Virus record (IMG/VR): IMGVR_UViG_3300025653_005355
Location: 1-26,175 of that record
DNA length: 26,175 nt
Origin: a virus
Taxonomy: Duplodnaviria; Caudoviricetes
Direction: 5' to 3' (one strand)
Shown: piece after piece, positions 8,092 through 15,390 of the stretch
Layout: each line of letters opens with the position of its first letter
Position numbering within the stretch: position 1 is the stretch's first letter
The notes under the pieces: generated by a model
Seen by the model: the letters and a program-made list of their open reading frames with translations, nothing else
The model's database searches: none
What the model was told of the DNA's origin: nothing
Translations under genes and position numbers: made by a program

Positions 8092-11000
8092 AGCAGTACG
8101 CACTGGTAAAAGACACGATCACCGGAGATACATACGGTGTCGTAATCCGCGAAAACGGTTCAGAAACCTGCCTCGCTGTAAAAACCGACGCTGAAGCATG
8201 GGCAGACGGCTTCAACGACATGCACACCAAGTCGCTCGATGACGACCTGCCATACGGTGTCCGCATCGGAGATTTCCGTGGCATGACAGAAGCGGAAGAA
8301 GTCATCGTTAATGAAATGGCTTTAACCAAGCAGGACCTCCGCCTCCCCAACCGTGACGTCCTCACTTTGATCGACTCTCAACGCACAGACATTGCTACCG
8401 ACCCGATTTCGGTAAAGGACGCGCCGATTGCGTTCTTTGGCGAGTCGGCGGAAAAAGCCGTCGACTACAAGGTGCGCGCTTTCATTTCAGACATGGCTCG
8501 CGGTTCCGTGCTCGCAAAAGCCCGCAACTCAAAATTGGGTATCGAGCGCAAGGGACTGGTTTTCAAGTCACGCAACAACGACCAGTATCTCCGTGAAGAC
8601 CTCGCCAACATGGCCATGGGATATGGTCCGCTGCGTCGAGCAGCCAAAGATGTTTTCCACGCCAAGCAGGACATCCTTGACGATCACGACGGATACCGAC
8701 TAGACGACCAATTTGATCTTCACGTGAAAGCACTTGGGCCCAAACTTGGCGGTGGCCTGCGTGCAGCCCCACGAGGAATGGCATTTGTCGACATCACTGG
8801 TCGTGTTGACGGCGACCGAGACGGAATCGTTTTCGAGGGTGTCACTGGCATGGAGCGCCCAATCATCCCTCGGTTCATCGTCCCTCAGGGCATGGCGCGC
8901 CGCGTGTCGCGGGCCCTTGAAGGTGACTCGATGGAGATTGAGAAGCGTCGCCGTGCCGGCGAGCGAGACCTCGGTATTGATCAGGCGACTCTCAACGATC
9001 GTCTGGGCAATGACGCCCGATTCTTGCAAGCGGCTCCGGGGACGCAGGGGCAGCAGTCTCGTCGCGCTACCCGCCGAACCGGACGGATTGGCGGAGGCGC
9101 TGAGTTACTGGGACCGAAAAGGAATCGACCCGGAAACGAAGATTATCCGCGCATGGATCCAGAGAGAGTGGCTCGTCTGCGCCTTGAGCGTTTCGTTCAA
9201 GAAACCAGCCCGTCTGGCCGCGCACGCCAAAACCGCATCATCAACACTCCGGGTGCTGATGGTGGCCCATCACGTCGCGCTGTTCGCGAACGTTCTGGCC
9301 GAGTTATCCCAGAACCACCGGCACGCGATAGAGGCGGAATGCGTTCACAGCGTCAATCTCAAAGGACTGACTGGACGGGCGATGGAAAGCCTTTCTATTT
9401 GCGAAATGATCCGCAGAGCGAGTTGGTCGCAAAGCGTCGCGATGAGTTTGGGCGCCTCGAAGAAATCTACAGGAACACCGAGACTGGAAAATTCTTTGGA
9501 CGGCAAACGGGATTTTCTGATTACGACACTGAAGGGATTTCCATCCGTGATGGCGACAAACGGCAGTTTGACACAGCGGAAGAAGTTCAACGAGTCGCAG
9601 AAGCCGACAGTCTTTCGCAGTTCAATGGGAGTAATGGACTGCGTTCACAGCGTGCCACTGGAGACGACATTCGGGCAACGCTCTCTCGTATTGATAAAGC
9701 CGAAGGCGGCTATGCCTCTCTTGGCGATGACTTGTTTGACAACATCAGGTTTGCTGCCGACTACCTCGACGGCAACACGGACGCAAACTCAGACGACGCT
9801 TTTGATTTCCTTTTGGCTGCCCTTACCGGTGTCAGAGACAACAAAGACATCAAGCCAAAGGATCGTAGAGAGTTAGAAAAGCAGATCAACGACGCTCTTA
9901 GACGGCACTCTATGCTGCAGCCAAAGATGGGTGGAATGCGTTCACGCCGATCAGAAAACGAAGATGGATCGGTTCCCGAAGGCGATTTCGTAGATATCGA
10001 CTTGACGATGGAAGAAGTCGGCTACTTGTCCGACATTGTCGACAGCATCCGTGACGACATCGCAGCGGCTAACGACTCTGAAGCCGACGAACTGTGGCAA
10101 GAGTTTTCCGACGCAATCGAAGATGCTGCTGCCGGAGTTGACGTTGTTCGTCTCGACCGCGCTGACGCGGAACGACTTCGCGAAATGCTCGAAGATCTTT
10201 ACACCGCAGAAGTCGAACAAGGCAACCCATCCCCAGAAGAGGGCGACGTTCTAGACCTTCTAGGACGCGCAATCGACTCACCCGATGGCGTGTGGGTTTC
10301 CCCTTCAATCGAAGACAATGGTGGCACCCGCCTCTCGACCGGAGGCATGGGTAGTAGAAGGCGTGTCCGGGCAGGTGAATCCTTCGGACCAGAAGCCCGC
10401 TACAACGTTGAGGAAATCGACGGAGACCGCGCGCTCGTCTACGACAACATGAACCGCACGTCGGAGTGGCGCGACCTTGACACAATTTCCCCCGATGACA
10501 CACCATCCCGATTCGAAGGTGGCGGTGGTTTGGCTTCACGCCGAATGACCCCAGAACAGATGGCGGAAAAACGGAACGAGATGGAGCGTGACCTGCGCTC
10601 CCGTGCAGCACGCGAACTGGGCGTCAGCGATGAAGAGTACGCCGAGATGGAGAAATACATCGACGATCTCCCGTTCGATGACGACTCCGCTGAATGGCCG
10701 GGCGAGATCGAAGACGCCGGCGAATCGCGTGGAGGGCCAACCGGACAGCGCACGTCATGGGGCGCCCGCGTCAGCGAAAGCGACGAAGTCAGAGAAGGCA
10801 TTTTCCCTGACGGGCCAATGGAGGGATCGCGCTGGACATTCAACCGCAACGAGTTTTATTCGGAAGATACTTTCGACGATCCGGGCGAGTCTCTTGAAGG
10901 AACTCAGACGCTGACCGTGGACACGCCTAACGGCACCCGCATTACTTACAGCAGCGGCCTTGAAGACGCACCGTCAATTGAACGAGTGCAGAAAATCAGC

Positions 11001-13289
11001 GGAAATGGCGGTCTTCGGGCCAGCCGTGGAGGCGGAGATACTGCGAACTCGCTCGCCCCTAGCCAGCCTTCAAGCAACCCGAAAACTTATGGAACATACA
11101 TCCCGAAATCGATGAAGGATGTCCGTAAGGATTTGCAGATGCTGGCCGCGAACGGCTGGGTTTGGCAAGGTCCGGTAAATGGCAACATCAGGTTTGCTCC
11201 GCCTGACCGTTTCTATGAATGGGCGAAACGCCAACCTGACTCATGGAAGCAGCAATTCGGTGAGCGCCTTATGCGTGGCGGGATTGTTCCGCGCGAATTC
11301 GGGCTTCATCCGAAGCAGGGCAACAACCAGTCAGTCATTCGTGAACTCAAGAAGCGCGTCGAAAAGGTTTATGGCGAAGGCGCTTGGGCTGACATGCAGA
11401 AGAACGCCAAGAATGATGGCATCGGCAAGGTTGGCAACGTGCCATCAGTTGTGTCATCTGGTGGCGGCATGCAAAGTGCACGCGGTGGCCGTTCACGAAT
11501 TCGTGGCGCACAGGACGAAATCACCGGCGCATCCGGACTTGGAGGCGGCATGCGTGCTGGCCGTCGCCGCTTCGGCTCCGGTCGTAACGGCATCAAGAAA
11601 GTTGATGACCGTGACGGCAAGATCATGGAGCAGTTGACGCCGGAACAACGCGAAAAAATGATCGAAGCGATCAAGGAGCGCGAAGGCCAGTTGGCTTGGG
11701 CGATGACACAAAACGGCCTGTTCCGCCCCATCCGCAACACGATGGAAGACGATGGGCGCTACGAAGGCATGTCTCTCGATGAAAGAAAGCGTGTCCCTAT
11801 CGACACAGACTTGATTCCTCGCATGCAGCAGCGGCTTGACGACGCGCTTCGTGATGGCGACATCACCGAGGAGGCCCATGCGGCTTTCCAGAAACAGTTG
11901 AACGACATCAAGACGCTCAACAACATGCGTGAATCGAACAAGTTTGATTTCATCGAGCACCTCCACGAACCTTCTCGCAAGGAAATCGTGAAGCGGGCAC
12001 GATCCAAAGATAAGAGCATCCCAACTCTTGCCGCTTTGGACGGTGCCGGCGAGTCAACGTTCTTCAACGAAGAGGCGTTTGGTTCTGCTCAGGGTGCGGC
12101 CGAGACCGTGTCTGAGCGAGCAGCCCGTCGCCGTGGCAAGCGTCGCCGTCCTCTTTTCGACCGTCTCCTTGACCCAGACCCCAGCAGGGCGCAGCGTAGA
12201 GCAAACCGTCGTGCCCGCCGTCAGGGACGTGGTGGACGTCGAGCCACCGATGTGGACCTCGCTGAAACAATTCGTTTGCGTCGCCGGCTTGCCCGTCAGA
12301 TGCGTCGTTTGCGTCGACGTCTGCGTGGTGAAAGGAACGAGAAGTCGATTCGCGAGGCTCTTGAAGCGAAGCGTTCAGCACACCCGTTGAAGCGCGACAA
12401 ACTCGGCCGTCCAGTCGTTGACGCAGAATTCCTCAAGCACATGTCCAGCCTGAAGCGCCTCAAGGACGAACGCGATCGTGGTGAGCGGAACAGCGAAACG
12501 AAGGACGATTTCCTTCGTGACCTGTGGGAAAACGGCAACATGAACGCACTCCCCGAAATCCTTTCAGAAGACGAGGTGCAAGCACTCCTCGATGCAGGCT
12601 GGAAGCCACTTCACCGTGGTGTTGGGCCAGACGGAACAGCCAACCAGTACTCCGATGCTTACCGTGAAGACCGCGACTCTCGCTTCATTTCAGACCCGCA
12701 TCGACGCGCCTACGGCACCGGTGAATATTGGGCTCCTGAAGGAAGCGGACACTGGGGTGGATACGGCAAAGGCATGGTCGGGTTCGTCGACCCCAACGGA
12801 CGAAAGATCAGCGGCCGAGACATCGAAAGCATCAAAGACAAGCACAACACTCTCCGCAAGGAACTGTCTGCTCTGATGGCCGAATTGGGAGATGGCGCGC
12901 TGAAAGGCGAAGATCCCGCAAACGCCGTCACTCAGATTCGTACCCGCATCAAAGAAGCGGAAGAGCGTCTTGGAGTCGCTGGTCTTTTGGAAAGCGAAAT
13001 GGGTCAGATTTATAGCCAGTGGCTAGACATGTATGCCGGAATGAAGCCGGATGATGCTGGCCGATCCGACGCATGGGATTCGTTCGAGTACCTCCAAGAC
13101 CTCACCCGTCTCGACTCTGGCTATTACGCCGCATTCCTTGGCTACGACTATGTCGAGCACAACGGCGTAACCCTCGTACACAACCGTGGAACGGTTGCTG
13201 TGGCTGATACCGCTAGCGCAATCAGCGGCGGAGAAGCCAGCCAGATGTTGAGCAAGGCCAAAGAGGGCGATGGGGTTAAGTTCCCATAA
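8088..13289 (+). CDS. Giant (1733 aa) polyvalent/polyprotein-like protein with DGDxDG tag, 8 linker repeats, Arg-rich tract and C-terminal ADP-ribosyltransferase-like domain
   Basis: GTG start overlapping the previous stop. HVKALGP...DGDRDGIVFEG...ERP (8721-8861); linkers between 9333 and 11565; WKPLHRG, YGTGEYWA, GYDY, HNRG at 12600-13190. Confidence 0.7.
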   Translation: MKQYALVKDTITGDTYGVVIRENGSETCLAVKTDAEAWADGFNDMHTKSLDDDLPYGVRIGDFRGMTEAEEVIVNEMALTKQDLRLPNRDVLTLIDSQRTDIATDPISVKDAPIAFFGESAEKAVDYKVRAFISDMARGSVLAKARNSKLGIERKGLVFKSRNNDQYLREDLANMAMGYGPLRRAAKDVFHAKQDILDDHDGYRLDDQFDLHVKALGPKLGGGLRAAPRGMAFVDITGRVDGDRDGIVFEGVTGMERPIIPRFIVPQGMARRVSRALEGDSMEIEKRRRAGERDLGIDQATLNDRLGNDARFLQAAPGTQGQQSRRATRRTGRIGGGAELLGPKRNRPGNEDYPRMDPERVARLRLERFVQETSPSGRARQNRIINTPGADGGPSRRAVRERSGRVIPEPPARDRGGMRSQRQSQRTDWTGDGKPFYLRNDPQSELVAKRRDEFGRLEEIYRNTETGKFFGRQTGFSDYDTEGISIRDGDKRQFDTAEEVQRVAEADSLSQFNGSNGLRSQRATGDDIRATLSRIDKAEGGYASLGDDLFDNIRFAADYLDGNTDANSDDAFDFLLAALTGVRDNKDIKPKDRRELEKQINDALRRHSMLQPKMGGMRSRRSENEDGSVPEGDFVDIDLTMEEVGYLSDIVDSIRDDIAAANDSEADELWQEFSDAIEDAAAGVDVVRLDRADAERLREMLEDLYTAEVEQGNPSPEEGDVLDLLGRAIDSPDGVWVSPSIEDNGGTRLSTGGMGSRRRVRAGESFGPEARYNVEEIDGDRALVYDNMNRTSEWRDLDTISPDDTPSRFEGGGGLASRRMTPEQMAEKRNEMERDLRSRAARELGVSDEEYAEMEKYIDDLPFDDDSAEWPGEIEDAGESRGGPTGQRTSWGARVSESDEVREGIFPDGPMEGSRWTFNRNEFYSEDTFDDPGESLEGTQTLTVDTPNGTRITYSSGLEDAPSIERVQKISGNGGLRASRGGGDTANSLAPSQPSSNPKTYGTYIPKSMKDVRKDLQMLAANGWVWQGPVNGNIRFAPPDRFYEWAKRQPDSWKQQFGERLMRGGIVPREFGLHPKQGNNQSVIRELKKRVEKVYGEGAWADMQKNAKNDGIGKVGNVPSVVSSGGGMQSARGGRSRIRGAQDEITGASGLGGGMRAGRRRFGSGRNGIKKVDDRDGKIMEQLTPEQREKMIEAIKEREGQLAWAMTQNGLFRPIRNTMEDDGRYEGMSLDERKRVPIDTDLIPRMQQRLDDALRDGDITEEAHAAFQKQLNDIKTLNNMRESNKFDFIEHLHEPSRKEIVKRARSKDKSIPTLAALDGAGESTFFNEEAFGSAQGAAETVSERAARRRGKRRRPLFDRLLDPDPSRAQRRANRRARRQGRGGRRATDVDLAETIRLRRRLARQMRRLRRRLRGERNEKSIREALEAKRSAHPLKRDKLGRPVVDAEFLKHMSSLKRLKDERDRGERNSETKDDFLRDLWENGNMNALPEILSEDEVQALLDAGWKPLHRGVGPDGTANQYSDAYREDRDSRFISDPHRRAYGTGEYWAPEGSGHWGGYGKGMVGFVDPNGRKISGRDIESIKDKHNTLRKELSALMAELGDGALKGEDPANAVTQIRTRIKEAEERLGVAGLLESEMGQIYSQWLDMYAGMKPDDAGRSDAWDSFEYLQDLTRLDSGYYAAFLGYDYVEHNGVTLVHNRGTVAVADTASAISGGEASQMLSKAKEGDGVKFP

Positions 13290-13303
13290 GTTAGGATTTA
13301 AGC

Positions 13304-13636
13304 ATGGCTGAAGAAAAAGACCCCACAGCGTTTGCAGAGATGCACAACAAGATGTCTCTGGTCGCCTCGTACCCTCCGTTCTCACTCGATGAGGACGTTC
13401 ATAAAGATTTCCTTATGAAGGTGCGTGAGGCTGAGAGCGTCGAAGACTTCGAGAAAATCGGTGAGGAGTTCGCCGAGGAAATCGAAGATGCCGAGATGTA
13501 CCAGAAGCGTTATGGGACAACGGTTGAAGGTGCTTTCGAGGCGCAGCAGGCCGCAGCGGAACTTGCCGACATGTCCATGGGAGACGACAATCTCGTCGTT
13601 ATCGCACCACAGTTTTTGAGCCAGTACAAGGACTGA
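13304..13636 (+). CDS. Small acidic protein (110 aa), candidate immunity/antitoxin
   Basis: Strongly Glu/Asp-rich. Lies between the ART-like and zeta-toxin-like genes with 14-nt and 1-nt gaps. Confidence 0.75.
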   Translation: MAEEKDPTAFAEMHNKMSLVASYPPFSLDEDVHKDFLMKVREAESVEDFEKIGEEFAEEIEDAEMYQKRYGTTVEGAFEAQQAAAELADMSMGDDNLVVIAPQFLSQYKD

Positions 13637-13637
13637 C

Positions 13638-15257
13638 ATGTCAGGGGAGGCCAAGGACAAGGCTTCCGCTTTGCGGAGAGCACAAGAACTTGGCTGTTCT
13701 GGCGCGCACAAGCACCCCGACGGCGGCTGGATGGCGTGCGAAACCCACGAAGAATACGAACGCCTTGAGGCTGAGGAAGAACGGGAAGAAAAATCGGTTC
13801 TTTCCCGAATGCATGATTTCCAAAGCGTCCGTGAACGCAAAGGCCGTCGCAAAAAGAAGAAAAACAAGAAGACGTGGGAAAAACTTGGCGAACGCGGAGT
13901 TGCGTCGATTGACACCATCCCCGGCGGAGGCCTTGTTTCTGGATCCGTAGGCAAAGCGGCTTCAGCCATCCCACACGAAGGCGACGAAGATGTTTTCACC
14001 GACATCAGATCCGCACGCAGGCGCGCCCGCCAATTGGGATGCATTGGTGTCGCTCGGCGTCGTTCACGAAACGGAACAACTGTCTGGACGCCGTGCAGCA
14101 ACATCACCGACTACGCACGCCGGACAGGGACTACTGCTCTGGGACGTCGTTATCAGGCGAGGTTGGCTCGTCAAGAAGCGCGCCGTCTCGTTGAAGAAGA
14201 GTTCCTGAGGACGCGCAAGCGTTACAAACGCAAGGTTTCCCTGCACGAAGAACTCAATGGCAAATCGTTGGGTCGGCGGGCTCAACGCTTCGATCCGAAT
14301 GCTGTTGATGGTGACAACGACGGCATGGTTCAGGACGGAAGCGCTTTCCAGCGTCCTGTGACCCCAAAGGCTCCAAGTGCTTTCGATCTGAAAAAGCACA
14401 CGAAATTGTGGAACTCGGTGCTTCAAGACGATCCGGGTTACATGCGTGAAGCACCCGCGTCTGTCCTTTCAGGGATCACCCCAGAAAACCGGGCTCGCTT
14501 CGCCGAAATTCAGGACGGAATGCGGCACTCGCGTATCGGTGCTGGTGGACGAACCGCTGCAAAGAAAATCTTGGACAAAGTCGAACCGCAGCACCGCAAC
14601 AAGCCACCCGGATCACGAAAAGTGCATTTTGTCGGCGGAACAACAGGTGCTGGAAAAACCACGTTGATGGAAGACGGAACGCTGAACGTTCCCGATTCGA
14701 ATGCGGCTGCCGTTATTGATCCCGACGAGATCAAGAAAGGTCTAGAGGGCTACGACAACGGTCGAGGCGCCAGTTTGGTGCATGAAGCATCACGTCAAGC
14801 AACTGACAAAACCATGGATTCCGCACGGGATTTAGGCACTGACATCGTTGTGACTGGCACCGGTAAGCGTACTGAGCACTTGCAGTGGGCACGCAATAAC
14901 GGATACAGCACTGCTGGCCATTTTGTGTACATCCCAGATGACGTTGCCGACAAACGTCTTGCCGAACGCAACGCTAGAAACAGGGAACAAGGCGGACCTG
15001 TTCTTCCCGGCCATTTCGGTAGCCAAATCGCAGGAGAAATGCGTGCAATCGTTCCGCGCCAGATCACCAGCGGGCTATATGACGAATTTTACTTGTGGAA
15101 CAACAACGTTCAACCACCCTCACTGATTGCAAAACGCACCCCTGATGGCGAGTTCGAAATCAATGACGATGAGGCATTTTCTGCCTTCTTTGGAGCCCGT
15201 GGGGCCCAACAAGTGCTGGGATATTGGCAATCTCAGTCCAGAACACCCGAAAATTAA
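13638..15257 (+). CDS. Zeta-toxin-family P-loop kinase fused to two DUF3721-like GCxG..W-x-x-C repeats and a DGDxDG tag
   Basis: Walker A GGTTGAGKTT (~14634-14663), IDPDEIK, HEAS, VVTGTG, RLAERN. Repeats LGCSGAHKH..WMACETH (13668-13757) and LGCIGV...WTPCSN (13992-14114). KSLG..RFDPNAVDGDNDGMVQDGSAFQRP (14262-14357). Confidence 0.75.
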   Translation: MSGEAKDKASALRRAQELGCSGAHKHPDGGWMACETHEEYERLEAEEEREEKSVLSRMHDFQSVRERKGRRKKKKNKKTWEKLGERGVASIDTIPGGGLVSGSVGKAASAIPHEGDEDVFTDIRSARRRARQLGCIGVARRRSRNGTTVWTPCSNITDYARRTGTTALGRRYQARLARQEARRLVEEEFLRTRKRYKRKVSLHEELNGKSLGRRAQRFDPNAVDGDNDGMVQDGSAFQRPVTPKAPSAFDLKKHTKLWNSVLQDDPGYMREAPASVLSGITPENRARFAEIQDGMRHSRIGAGGRTAAKKILDKVEPQHRNKPPGSRKVHFVGGTTGAGKTTLMEDGTLNVPDSNAAAVIDPDEIKKGLEGYDNGRGASLVHEASRQATDKTMDSARDLGTDIVVTGTGKRTEHLQWARNNGYSTAGHFVYIPDDVADKRLAERNARNREQGGPVLPGHFGSQIAGEMRAIVPRQITSGLYDEFYLWNNNVQPPSLIAKRTPDGEFEINDDEAFSAFFGARGAQQVLGYWQSQSRTPEN

Positions 15258-15302
15258 ATACCCAAAAAAGTACGGTTGTTCCCATACATAACACTGACAT
15301 GT

Positions 15303-15390
15303 TGTAAATTAGATGTGATAGGGCGGGTGCTTACCTAGCGCTGTAAAACCATCCATCTTTAAAAATCTTCATCACAGGGAGAAGATCAAC
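15303..15390 (+). promoter_or_regulatory. Putative promoter and 5' leader of the major capsid gene
   Basis: Longest intergenic gap in the left half (15258-15390), AT-rich. TGTAAATT (15303-15310) resembles TGTAAAAT at 16801. GGGAG Shine-Dalgarno at 15377-15381. Confidence 0.45.

Noticed and set aside
8734-9876. 380-aa alternative-frame ORF inside the giant gene
   Set aside because: Ser/Leu/Arg-rich off-frame composition with no motifs; the main frame carries the conserved tag and linkers.
9336-9950. Regularly spaced 18-nt repeats as a CRISPR array or attC sites
   Set aside because: Spacers are ~280 nt, repeats are short, non-palindromic and in frame within a CDS, and no cas or integrase gene is in the window.
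8088-13289. Tape measure protein interpretation of the 1733-aa ORF
   Set aside because: Lacks Ala/Gly-rich periodic helical repeats and hydrophobic segments, has no adjacent tail genes, and is highly charged and modular.
13382-14107. 241-aa minus-strand ORF
   Set aside because: Antisense to two well-supported plus-strand genes; low-complexity Ser/Phe content mirrors their Glu/Lys codons.
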